A stretch of 64,000 nucleotides of DNA from Patescibacteria group bacterium. GTDB taxonomy: Bacteria; Patescibacteriota; Patescibacteriia; UBA9934; GWF2-40-263. The stretch lies in NCBI GenBank assembly GCA_041661745.1, contig JBAZTR010000002.1, positions 132,368 to 196,367 on the forward strand, given 5' to 3'. A program made the position numbers and the translations under genes. The notes beneath the pieces were generated by a model. It had not been told where the DNA came from, made no database searches, and saw only the letters and a list, made by a program, of their open reading frames with translations. Shown here one piece after another: positions 19,362 to 29,554 of this stretch (position 1 is the first letter of the stretch; the number at the start of each line of letters is the position of its first letter).

Positions 19362-19395
19362 AAGACACTCGGTTCAAACCAAGTGTCTTTTATTT
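19362..19395 (+). terminator. Rho-independent terminator
   Basis: AAGACACTCGGTTCAAACCAAGTGTCTTTTATTT. Confidence 0.6.
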
Positions 19396-19456
19396 AAAAC
19401 ACCAAAAATAAAACCCGCATGGAACCAGATGTTTTCAGCGGGTAGGGAGAGCGTGA

Positions 19457-19732
19457 TCATTCCTTGTAGGCATTCACTGCCTTGATGATCAGCTCGGCGT
19501 CGGCAGGCATCAGATGCTCAGCGACCGGATCGCCGAAGCGATCCAACACGGCGTGGGTGCCGTGCCCGAAACCTCGGTCGCAGTACCCGAGCCGCCAAGG
19601 ACGCGGCCGTGGTGTGAAGTAACCCTTGGCTTCCAGAGAGGCCATCGCCTTTTCCGGAGGCACACTACCTTCAGCCCTTAGGGCTTCAAGCAGCGGCGGC
19701 CTTCGTTCGTTCAAATACGATTCCGGGGGCAT
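19457..19732 (-). CDS. Hypothetical small protein (GC-rich, probably acquired)
   Basis: 91-aa ORF with much higher GC than its surroundings. Sits next to a tRNA with att-like repeats. Confidence 0.4.
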   Translation of the reverse strand: MPPESYLNERRPPLLEALRAEGSVPPEKAMASLEAKGYFTPRPRPWRLGYCDRGFGHGTHAVLDRFGDPVAEHLMPADAELIIKAVNAYKE

Positions 19733-19965
19733 TTACCTTCCTCCTGTGACGATTATCGAATCGTTACTTTGGTCGAGCACAATATCATAATAAAACTTAA
19801 AGGTCAATACTAAACCAAAAACCGCCCGGTTTAATCCGAGCGGTTTTTTATTTTTAAGATTGGTGCGTCGAGCTGTGCTCGACTCGCACCATCGAGCTTA
19901 TCTGACTTCTATGCCAGGCAAAAGCTAAGCTTTTGCCATTGTAACAGAAATCGAGCTAAGCTCGA

Positions 19966-20042
19966 TGGTGCGCCCAAGACGATTCGAACGTCTGACTTCT
20001 TCCTTCGGAGGGAAGCGCTCTATCCAGCTGAGCTATGGGCGC
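19966..20042 (-). tRNA. tRNA-Arg (anticodon CCG), encoded CCA
   Basis: Reverse complement reads GCGCCCATAGCTCAGCTGGATAGAGCGCTTCCCTCCGAAGGAAG..TTCGAATCGTCTTGGGCGCACCA. Anticodon loop CTCCGAA. Confidence 0.8.
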
Positions 20043-20264
20043 ATATTATTTTGTTGCGCCTAGCGAAGCTGGCAATTTTTCCAGCTGCCCCGCCGACGGT
20101 GGCCTTTGGCGGGGTCCCGCCAAAACGAAGTGACGGCGGGAAGCTATGGGCGCATATTATTTTGTTGCGCCTAGCGAAGCTGGCAATTTTTCCAGCTGCC
20201 CCGCCGGCGGTGGCCTTTGGCGGGGTCCCGCCAAAACGAAGTGACGGCGGGAAGCTATGGGCGC
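20043..20264 (-). repeat. Two tandem 111-bp units, each made of a tRNA-associated GC-hairpin element plus a 12-nt copy of the tRNA-Arg 5' end
   Basis: AGCTATGGGCGC (reverse complement of the tRNA 5' end GCGCCCATAGCT) recurs at 20031, 20142 and 20253. The units differ by a single A/G. Confidence 0.85.
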
Positions 20265-20406
20265 ATATTGTTTTGCCCTCTTCTGTAAGCTCATACTGTT
20301 GAGCTACGAAGTCCACCGAAGCTCCGAAGCCTATAGATGAAGGCGAGGAGCGAAGGTGGGTGGGCGCATTAAACGAGAGCTTAAACCTCTTTTTTCAACA
20401 AGTCAA

Positions 20407-21102
20407 CTACTTCTCTAGCCTCTTCAAAATAAAAAAACCGTGTCTTACCTTATCTGGTTTTATTTCATGAACTTGTTTTGTTTCAAAACCATGCGCTTTA
20501 AAAAAAGCTTCCCACTCTGGAATACTTTTATAGCCATGCGGTCCGTTCCTTAATTCCAAATTAATCTTCTTATCAATACTAGTAGTTATTTGGCGCTCGG
20601 CTTCACTTTCAACAATATCTTCAGCAATAAAAATTCTACCATCTTTATTTAAGACTCTGTCTATTTCAGAAAAAACGTCTTCCAAATCTTCACCTTCGAC
20701 ATGGTGCAAAACGAAAAACAAAGTCACGGCGTCTTGTGATCCGTCCTCAATCTCCCGCAAATCGCCACCATGTATACTTTCATGCAAATAAGAAGCGTTA
20801 TGGCCTAACCTTTCTAATCTTGCTTTAACTGGTGGCGCCCAATGGTCGTGCGGGTCAACGCCGGTCACAGTTGTCTCTGGCAGCTGGGAATCGATCTGAT
20901 CCATTTCATGACCCTTTCCCGCGCCTAAACACAAAATTGATAAACCACGGCCTTTCTTTTCTCGTAAGGGACGAAGCTCTCCGACCAAACCAACTTCCTT
21001 TAACATCCACTGAGCCCGTTCGGTAAGGGTCTTGTCAACCTGCCCACGAGAAAACTCTCTGATAATCGTCGGCCACAAATCATGTCTTCTTGACTCGTTC
21101 AT
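20407..21102 (-). CDS. Class I SAM-dependent methyltransferase
   Basis: Motif I ILCLGAGKGHE. Acidic motif II. Confidence 0.6.
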   Translation of the reverse strand: MNESRRHDLWPTIIREFSRGQVDKTLTERAQWMLKEVGLVGELRPLREKKGRGLSILCLGAGKGHEMDQIDSQLPETTVTGVDPHDHWAPPVKARLERLGHNASYLHESIHGGDLREIEDGSQDAVTLFFVLHHVEGEDLEDVFSEIDRVLNKDGRIFIAEDIVESEAERQITTSIDKKINLELRNGPHGYKSIPEWEAFFKAHGFETKQVHEIKPDKVRHGFFILKRLEK

Positions 21103-21110
21103 ATCTTTTA

Positions 21111-22043
21111 TTATTTTATCGTCTCTAATCTTTTTTCGTCTCTAATTTCTCTAATCGACAATCCTAAAAAAACAATCAACAAAACAGCGGTGTTAAGCGG
21201 GGCCACCCAGAACGGAAACTCCTTACCAAAACTTTCTAAAACCATTATTCCACCAAGCATACCAATGGAATACATGGCCCCATTTTTTAAATATGCAAAC
21301 TTGTTTATAAAATTAAGACCGTGAACGGTGAACTCTCGGACAACTAGGGCACCAATACCGTTACCAATCAAAATGAGCGGCACGGACATGGTAAAGGCAA
21401 AGGCGCCAATCACCCCATCAATGGAAAAAGAGGCATCGAGGACTTCCAAATAAATTAATTTGCTCCAAGCGCTCATGTTGCCCTTCTTCTCCAATTTTTT
21501 TTCCATTTCTTCGGCGTTCTTTCTGAAACCATCGGTCAAAAAGAAAGCTGTAGCTCCGATCGAAGCGGCCAAAGCCAAAAAGGGATTCACAACAATGGAA
21601 AAATAAATCACCGCGGTGATGAAAAGCGAGGAAATGGCATAAAACCACACCCCTTGGCGATGGATAAATCCCTCGACTAAAAACGCGTACTTTTTTTCTT
21701 CCAAAAATAGCCAAGCTAAAAAGACAAAGAAAAGATAAACCCCACCACCGAGAAGCAATAACGGTTTAGAATGTTCTAAAGCTCTTTCCATTAATTCTGG
21801 ATTGGAAAAAACTAAACTAAAAACTTCACTCAGCGGTTGACCGGCGTTGGCTAACCAAACGATCACGAACGGCAAGACCCCGCGCATGACAAAGACCGCT
21901 AAAAGCAAACCCCAAATCAAAAAAAACTTACGAAACTTTTCCGGAACGGTTTTTAAGACATTGGCGTTAACAATGGCGTTATCAATCGAGCTGATAATTT
22001 CAAAAAGAACCAAACCAAAAATTATAATTAACGTTTGAACCAT
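21111..22043 (-). CDS. TerC/DUF475-like integral membrane protein
   Basis: Polytopic. N-terminal EIISSIDNAIVNA resembles the TerC-family signature. Confidence 0.45.
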   Translation of the reverse strand: MVQTLIIIFGLVLFEIISSIDNAIVNANVLKTVPEKFRKFFLIWGLLLAVFVMRGVLPFVIVWLANAGQPLSEVFSLVFSNPELMERALEHSKPLLLLGGGVYLFFVFLAWLFLEEKKYAFLVEGFIHRQGVWFYAISSLFITAVIYFSIVVNPFLALAASIGATAFFLTDGFRKNAEEMEKKLEKKGNMSAWSKLIYLEVLDASFSIDGVIGAFAFTMSVPLILIGNGIGALVVREFTVHGLNFINKFAYLKNGAMYSIGMLGGIMVLESFGKEFPFWVAPLNTAVLLIVFLGLSIREIRDEKRLETIK

Positions 22044-22046
22044 AAA

Positions 22047-23003
22047 CTAACGAACTAACCGCGCCAGGCGGCGAGTAACTTTATAAAATAAGTAACCGAA
22101 GGGTTTAATTATGTAATCAAAGGTGCCTGGATATTTTACCACTTCACCGCCAAAACCTTTTTTGAAGCGAGTAATCCCGGCCCAAGGATCCTTGGGATCA
22201 TCACTCGAGGCAATGCCCCACCAATCGTAAAACTTTAAACCTTTTTCTTTTGCCTCTTTCATTAACTCCCAGTGTAATAAAAACGGCGCCATCAAATTCC
22301 GGTCTTGGTTTGATGAGGCCCCGTGGAGGTAGGTTCTGGTTTCGTTAAAATCAACCATGATGTTTGCGGCAATTGCTTTACCTTCAAAAAATACGGCGAC
22401 CAAAAAGACCTGCAGGCTGTCGTCGGATAAATTCAACAAATTCTGATAATGCATTTTTGGATGAATCCGGAACCCGTCGCGTTTAGCCGTTTCTTGAAAC
22501 AACGACCAAACCGAATCGAGGGCACCAGACTTCAAAAATTTAACCTCTAAATTTTTGCGCTGAGCCAGGCCGATGTTGTATCTAGTTTTTGGATGCATGG
22601 CCCCCAAAAGTTCTTGTACGCTTGGCTGAAGAGAAGTAATCAAGGTGGTAGCCGGGGTAATGGAAATAGTTTTTCTAATTCGGGGTGACTCAATTTTGTC
22701 TGATGGCTCGAAACGAATAAATAAAGAATGCTTATCGGCCAGAGTTTCTAAAATTTTTAAAATATTTTTCTTATCTGTGGCCATTGGTCCGCAAATGCCG
22801 GAAATATACGACTGTCCTAATGGTAAAAAGATTCGGCCAACGCTGGCCAAGCCGACCAGCTCATTATTTTCAATAAATTCATAACGCTGACCGCTGGCCA
22901 ACTCACTCCACTCCCAAGCATACAAAAAAGCTCCGGAGCGTGGCCCGTACTTTTTTACAAAACTGTTCCATTTTTCTTTTTCCGTAGCTTCCCTCTTTTC
23001 CAT
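22047..23003 (-). CDS. FemAB-family peptidyltransferase (peptidoglycan interpeptide bridge formation)
   Basis: 318 aa. C-terminal RFKKGFGGEVVKYPGTFD is typical of the FemAB family. Confidence 0.5.
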   Translation of the reverse strand: MEKREATEKEKWNSFVKKYGPRSGAFLYAWEWSELASGQRYEFIENNELVGLASVGRIFLPLGQSYISGICGPMATDKKNILKILETLADKHSLFIRFEPSDKIESPRIRKTISITPATTLITSLQPSVQELLGAMHPKTRYNIGLAQRKNLEVKFLKSGALDSVWSLFQETAKRDGFRIHPKMHYQNLLNLSDDSLQVFLVAVFFEGKAIAANIMVDFNETRTYLHGASSNQDRNLMAPFLLHWELMKEAKEKGLKFYDWWGIASSDDPKDPWAGITRFKKGFGGEVVKYPGTFDYIIKPFGYLFYKVTRRLARLVR

Positions 23004-23007
23004 ATTG

Positions 23008-23118
23008 CCCTCTCCTCTTATCCTCCCCCGTCGTGGCGACGAGGGAGGAAGATTAGAATTTTTTAAAAATTAGTTCTCCCTCTCTCGCTGCCACAGCGGG
23101 GGAGGGCTGGGGTGGGGG
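23008..23118. repeat. Pair of pyrimidine/purine perfect-stem palindromes (CCTCCCCCGTCG..CGACGAGGGAGG and CTCCCTCTCTCGCTG..CAGCGGGGGAGGG)
   Basis: Read directly in the 23004-23120 intergenic region. Confidence 0.6.
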
Positions 23119-23119
23119 A

Positions 23120-23668
23120 TTATCGCGACAAAATTTTTAAAGCCGCTCTAATACGATCTTCAGTCGTCGAGCCTTCCAATCCAGATAAAACATCTTCCGC
23201 TTGGCGGCGAGCGTAACCAAGCCCAACCAAACCTTCAACGGCGTCGGCGTCAAAACCAACCGGCCGTCCGGTATCTTCAACCAATACTCCCTTCATTTCA
23301 AGAATAATCTTTTGAGCTGTCTTTTTACCAACCCCGGGGATGTCCGTCAAAAAAGCAATGTCGCCTTTCATTATTTTCTCCTTAACATTTTCGACTGTAT
23401 TGGCAAAAACGATTTTTTGTCCCACCTTTGGTCCAACTCCGGAAACACTTGTCAGCTTCCAAAACAAATTTAGCGCCTCCATCGACAAAAAACCAAACAG
23501 CTCGTGTTGATCTTCTCGCTGAACCTCGTGAGTATAGAGCAAAACCTCGCCGGAAAGTTCGTGGGCCCGATCTTCGGGTAAGTTAACCTTATAACCAACT
23601 CCGCCGACTTCGAGAATGACGAAACCGATTCCGTGATATTCAATTTTGCCACGTAAAGAAGTAATCAT
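23120..23668 (-). CDS. ruvA: Holliday junction DNA helicase RuvA
   Basis: MITSLRGKIEYHGIGFVILEVGGVGYKVNLPED N-terminus. HhH and C-terminal domains present. Confidence 0.85.
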   Translation of the reverse strand: MITSLRGKIEYHGIGFVILEVGGVGYKVNLPEDRAHELSGEVLLYTHEVQREDQHELFGFLSMEALNLFWKLTSVSGVGPKVGQKIVFANTVENVKEKIMKGDIAFLTDIPGVGKKTAQKIILEMKGVLVEDTGRPVGFDADAVEGLVGLGYARRQAEDVLSGLEGSTTEDRIRAALKILSR

Positions 23669-24597
23669 AATGATCTAAACGTCGTCACTCGATTTAGTAT
23701 TTTGCTTTTAACCTCGGCCGACATCTCCGGTGCTTCAGCTTCACCTTTGGCAAAGGCGTGAATCGACGCCAACAACCTACCAAATTCCGGCCCGGGTTTC
23801 ATATTTAAAAGTTTCATTAAATCATCACCGGCCAGACCAGCTTCATGCCAACGTATCTGTTCGGCCCTTTTCTTTTTTTCTGTCTGGCGAAGAAGTCTGG
23901 CCGCCCCGCGCTCGGGGGCGTGATGGCGCTCAGCTGACAAAAAATTGAAACAAACTTTAGACAAGCGTTCGGCATCAGTGGTCATGAGCAAAATAAGTGC
24001 CGACAAAAGCAGATCAAGAAAGTCATCAGCATCACGCCCGTATTTTTGGCAGTACTTTTCTAAATACTCATAAGTCGGCTTGGCCGGACCATGCGAAAAA
24101 TCCTCGATAACTTTTTCGTGCAAAATAATTAGATGAAAAACATCCTCAGTATCCTCCGGTGAAAGCCGAAAATTCTTTGCCAATTCTTGAAACCCGGCTA
24201 AGTATTCTTTATTAACGATTCTGTGAGCATAGGCTTGCTCGACCTCAAGTTTTCCTAATTTATGGGCCAGGATAAAAACCTCGAGTGAAGCCGCTTTTTC
24301 TTTTATGGTTTCTTCGGCCTCGTCAATTTCGCCAAAAAACATTTTGTCGCGCCTTAATTCCTCGATCTCTGACAGATGGATCTTATCGTTAACTATGGCA
24401 TACAAAAAACTCAAAGGTAGCCCAAGCCCATTTATTGATATAGACGAAAAAAGCCGAGCCATAATTTTATCAGCTTGGGCTTTTTCTAAAACCTCGCTCA
24501 CTTGTCTACCAATCTCCTGGTCAGCCAAAACCATCTCCGTGGCCTCGGCCAAAAACTTAGTTTCTTTAGGCTGGTGAGTAGTCCAATCACGCCACAT
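23665..24597 (-). CDS. Hypothetical protein with CCA-adding-enzyme-like C-terminal segment but no nucleotidyltransferase head
   Basis: C-terminal LAGDDLMKLLNMKPGPEFGRLLASIH resembles the tail motif of class II tRNA nucleotidyltransferases. No GG..D.D head motif. Confidence 0.4.
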   Translation of the reverse strand: MWRDWTTHQPKETKFLAEATEMVLADQEIGRQVSEVLEKAQADKIMARLFSSISINGLGLPLSFLYAIVNDKIHLSEIEELRRDKMFFGEIDEAEETIKEKAASLEVFILAHKLGKLEVEQAYAHRIVNKEYLAGFQELAKNFRLSPEDTEDVFHLIILHEKVIEDFSHGPAKPTYEYLEKYCQKYGRDADDFLDLLLSALILLMTTDAERLSKVCFNFLSAERHHAPERGAARLLRQTEKKKRAEQIRWHEAGLAGDDLMKLLNMKPGPEFGRLLASIHAFAKGEAEAPEMSAEVKSKILNRVTTFRSL

Positions 24598-24751
24598 ATT
24601 TCGTCATAATTTTATCTAAAAAACGGTCTTCTGTCTATTAAATACTCCTGAAAGCCCCGAGATCAATCGAGGGGTTGACTTTTTTCGGCCAATCTCGTAC
24701 ACTTTTGGCACCGTCCAAGCTCTAAAGACGAAACCTGAAAAGTAATAAACT

Positions 24752-25087
24752 ATGTTATCAATCCGTTTTTCTAAAGTCGGCAAGCGCAATCGCCCGGAAT
24801 TCCGCCTGATTGTTGTCGACAAACACAAAGATCCGTGGGGCAAAGCTGTCGAAATTCTCGGCTCCCGCAACCCGCGTACCAAGGCCAATGTCTTTAATCT
24901 TGATCGCATCAAGTATTGGCTCAGCCAAGGTGCCCAACCGTCGGCCACAGTTCACAACCTTTTGGTTGATTTGAAACTGGTCGAAGGCAAAAAGCAGTCG
25001 GTTACTAATATTTCAAACAACCGTACCGCCAAAATGGCCAAAGAAGCCGGCGAGAAAAAGAAAAAAGAAGAAACTCCGGCCGCCTAA
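24752..25087 (+). CDS. rpsP: 30S ribosomal protein S16
   Basis: MLSIRFSKVGKRNRPEFRLIVVD N-terminus. Confidence 0.85.
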   Translation: MLSIRFSKVGKRNRPEFRLIVVDKHKDPWGKAVEILGSRNPRTKANVFNLDRIKYWLSQGAQPSATVHNLLVDLKLVEGKKQSVTNISNNRTAKMAKEAGEKKKKEETPAA

Positions 25088-25126
25088 AAACAACATTTTA
25101 AAAGAGACCGCAACGCGGTCTCTTTT

Positions 25127-25795
25127 TTAAACTTTCTTTTGCTGTTTCCTTCGCCACTCAGCAATCTTTTTATGATCACCGGAAAGCAAAACCTCCGGCA
25201 CCTTCCACTTTTTATAAACTTCCGGTTTGGTGTATTGCGGATATTCAAGTAGCCCTTCTTCGGTATGTGATTCCTCGGCCAGCGACTCTTTTGCTCCAAG
25301 AACGCCGGGAACATTGCGGGCAATGGCATCGGCCATAATCATAGCCGGAAGCTCCCCGCCAGTTAAGACATACGGACCAACAGAGAATGATTCATCAACC
25401 AAATTTTCTTCCACCCGGGCATCGATTCCTTCATATCGCCCACAGAGAAAAATAATTCGATCGTATTTCGCCAAACGAATGGCATCTTTTTGAGTGAAGG
25501 GTTTCCCTGAGGCCGAAGTCAAAATAACCCGAGTCTTAGAGCCCCTCAACGCCTTAATGTCCTTTAGTGCCCTATCAAAAGCCTCCACTTTCATAACCAT
25601 ACCTGGCCCCCCACCATACGGCGTGTCATCAACCCGATGATGCTTATCTAGAGCCCAATCGCGTAAATTGTGTGATTCTATCTTAATTAGACCGCTTTTC
25701 TGGGCCCGCCCCAAAATTGACTCATTGGTATACAAGGTGATCATTTCGGGAAAAATAGTGAGAAAATCGTATTTGTGAATTTTGGCTTTGGACAT
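25127..25795 (-). CDS. trmD: tRNA (guanine37-N1)-methyltransferase TrmD
   Basis: FLTIFPEM..GGGPGMVMK SPOUT motifs. Confidence 0.9.
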   Translation of the reverse strand: MSKAKIHKYDFLTIFPEMITLYTNESILGRAQKSGLIKIESHNLRDWALDKHHRVDDTPYGGGPGMVMKVEAFDRALKDIKALRGSKTRVILTSASGKPFTQKDAIRLAKYDRIIFLCGRYEGIDARVEENLVDESFSVGPYVLTGGELPAMIMADAIARNVPGVLGAKESLAEESHTEEGLLEYPQYTKPEVYKKWKVPEVLLSGDHKKIAEWRRKQQKKV

Positions 25796-25876
25796 ATTGT
25801 CTACATCCTACCGATTTTTTGTCTAAAAATCAAAACCCCACCGTAAAAACGATGGGGCTTTGTTTTGACTTTGGTT

Positions 25877-26200
25877 TTAAATACCGAGGTCGTCAACCGA
25901 GGCGCTGTCCGTAGCCGGGGCTTCCGCGTTGTGAAAACGACGGGAACCTTCCGGTTCGTAAATCTTCAAATTGACGCGGGCATTGTTCTTGGCCCCGACA
26001 ATCTTTAGAAGAATGCGGATGGCGCGAGCGGTTTGACCCTGGCGACCGATGACGTAGCCCATATCCTCAGGATTGATGTGGAGGGTGATGAGCACGCCGC
26101 GCTCGTCGACAATTCGGTCAGTCTTCACGTCATCCGGATGGTTGACGATCTGCTTAACCAGACTCTCGACAAACAGTTGGTCTTGTTCCATGTCTGCCAT
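25877..26200 (-). CDS. KH-domain RNA-binding protein (KhpA-like)
   Basis: Start at MADMEQ. VIGRQGQTARAIRILL is a KH GXXG motif. The longer ORF to 26392 is likely an over-extension. Confidence 0.6.
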   Translation of the reverse strand: MADMEQDQLFVESLVKQIVNHPDDVKTDRIVDERGVLITLHINPEDMGYVIGRQGQTARAIRILLKIVGAKNNARVNLKIYEPEGSRRFHNAEAPATDSASVDDLGI

Positions 26201-26410
26201 AACTGCTTTTGCATTAATTTCTGTTAGATTCGGCCTGTTCGACCTGTCCGTAAAGATACGGAGCAACAAGCTATTACTAACCAAAACAAGAGTATCATAA
26301 AGAAGTCGAGGCGTCAATGTGTGTAAGTAATTAAAATGGCTTAAATGAGCAAAATAATTAACACTTTTTAACAGTCCACAGCTTCCCCACACCTAAACAC
26401 CCCAAATCTC

Positions 26411-26439
26411 TTGACAGCCTAAATGAATACAAGTAAAAT
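26411..26439 (+). promoter_or_regulatory. rRNA promoter (TTGACA, 17-nt spacer, TAAAAT)
   Basis: Consensus -35 and near-consensus -10, about 260 nt upstream of the 16S 5' end. Confidence 0.55.
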
Positions 26440-26694
26440 ACTGCCGTTCGCTACAATTCAATTTTTCAAGAAAAAAGGCTCATTCATCCAGTCTTTGGAG
26501 AATGGGTTTTAAAACTCCAGCGAACAACGATCATTCACAATTGAAGACCTGCAACAAACAAGCAAAAAGAATCAATTGTCAATTATACGATTGTAACGTC
26601 TATCAATGACAAATATTTAACTCCAAACAATAACGGAGCTAGTCATTTCTCAGAGTTCCTCCGAAGCCCGTAAGGGCAAAGGGGAATTTCTTCT

Positions 26695-28187
<1,493 letters not shown>

Positions 28188-28406
28188 AAAGGAATCCGAG
28201 GCTTAGGCCTCTATCCTATTAGGTCGACCAGTTAACCGAGTTCGCTCGGCTTAACAGGCAAGGATCAGTCTCGCAAGAGAATGATTTACAGACGTTACAA
28301 TCGTATAGAAGACAATTGCTTGAAGACACCTGAAATATGGTGTTTTTTGTTTATTTTTCCTCTTGACCTTATTGGGTTAATTTTCTATAATATCACTCGT
28401 CAATAC

Positions 28407-28488
28407 GGGCGTGTAGCTTCCCCCTTCGCCTTCGGGCTTCGGAGGACAGGCAGCTGGTCCAGCTTCGCTACACGTTCAAAAATAACCC
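28407..28488 (+). repeat. 12-nt duplicate of the tRNA-Ile 5' end (GGGCGTGTAGCT) followed by a 70-nt tRNA-associated element (TCCCCCTTCGCC..CAGCTGGTCCAGCTTCGCTAC..)
   Basis: Exact repeat of tRNA nucleotides 1-12 lies immediately upstream of the element, and the element abuts the intact tRNA. Confidence 0.8.
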
Positions 28489-28565
28489 GGGCGTGTAGCT
28501 CAGCTGGTTAGAGCGCAACACTGATAATGTTGAGGTCACAGGTTCGAGTCCTGTCACGCCCACCA
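28489..28565 (+). tRNA. tRNA-Ile (anticodon GAT), encoded CCA
   Basis: GGGCGTGTAGCTCAGCTGGTTAGAGCGCAACACTGATAATGTTGAGG..CACGCCCACCA. Confidence 0.85.
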
Positions 28566-28567
28566 GA

Positions 28568-28642
28568 GCCGAGGTAGCTCAGTGGTAGAGCAGAGGACTG
28601 AAAATCCTCGTGTCGCGAGTCCGATTCTCGCCCTCGGCACCA
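28568..28642 (+). tRNA. tRNA-Phe (anticodon GAA), encoded CCA
   Basis: GCCGAGGTAGCTCAGTGGTAGAGCAGAGGACTGAAAATCCTC..CCTCGGCACCA. Sits 2 nt after tRNA-Ile. Confidence 0.8.
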
Positions 28643-28797
28643 CACCACGTCGCTGCATTTTAAATGGAGCTATGTGGTGTGTCCCTCCGAAGTCCTGCCT
28701 GTGGCGGGACGAAGGGGGACATCAAAACATCCAGACTCGTTCTGGGTTTTTTGTTTTATCCATGTTATACTCTTTCCGACAGAAATCTTATAAATAT

Positions 28798-29535
28798 ATG
28801 CGCAAAATATTCACTCTTTTCTTTGCCGTCGCCTTAATTAGTTTTATTGGCCTGCCGGCAGCCAAAGCCGAGGAGGATACTGCCTTAAACGAACCAGTGT
28901 TAATCTCAGAGCAAATCGAAGCTTGTAATGGCAATCAAGGCTTAGTAGTAAAACGTTTAAATAATGACGGCGTCAATGCTATACCAACAGTTTTCGTTTT
29001 AGGTTGCTATGACACCATCCATATTTTTCCTAATGAGCAAACCTACAAAACATGGTGGACTGATTTTGAAGACATCTCTTACGTTGATGGCGCCTATATT
29101 GCTGACAAAAAACTGGAAGGCAATGTGACGATTAGACCAGGAACCTACTTGGTTAAACAACCTTCGAGTCCCAAAGTTTACGCTGTTGAACCCGGTGGTG
29201 TTCTCCGTTGGATCCCCGACGAAACCACGGCCGAGGCTCTTTATGGAAAAAAATGGAATACAATAATCCTAGACCTATCTGACGAACTCTTTTCTGACTA
29301 CACTATCGGTGCAACTCTAACGACCACAGCATATCCTAACGGCGTCTTGGGTTATTTGCCGGAAGGTCGAGTGGTTTACTTGTCGGGAACCTCTTATTAC
29401 AATCTTCCTGGTAGTGTAATGGACCCTCTTCGATTAGAAAGTAAATTTTTAGTTCCTCTCTCGGCCGGAGTTATGGCTACCTATACCGATGGCGGTGACC
29501 TGGCCTACGACCAAGCAATTGCTTTTCCTTTTTAA
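28798..29535 (+). CDS. Hypothetical secreted protein (signal peptide)
   Basis: Start at MRKIFTLFFAVALISFIGLPAAKA. The upstream part of ORF 28582..29535 overlaps tRNA-Phe and is not coding. Confidence 0.6.
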   Translation: MRKIFTLFFAVALISFIGLPAAKAEEDTALNEPVLISEQIEACNGNQGLVVKRLNNDGVNAIPTVFVLGCYDTIHIFPNEQTYKTWWTDFEDISYVDGAYIADKKLEGNVTIRPGTYLVKQPSSPKVYAVEPGGVLRWIPDETTAEALYGKKWNTIILDLSDELFSDYTIGATLTTTAYPNGVLGYLPEGRVVYLSGTSYYNLPGSVMDPLRLESKFLVPLSAGVMATYTDGGDLAYDQAIAFPF

Positions 29536-29554
29536 AAAAATAATAGAAAAATCT

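Noticed and set aside
20043-20264. Possible CRISPR array
   Set aside because: There are only two units of 111 bp with no short repeat/spacer alternation. The units contain a copy of the tRNA end, and no cas genes lie nearby. No CRISPR array was recognised anywhere in the window.
20020-20316. ORFs 20020..20316 (minus) and 20051..20302 (plus) with internally repeated peptides
   Set aside because: They are translations of the two tandem 111-bp tRNA-associated units. Mirror ORFs on both strands and no ribosome-binding site.
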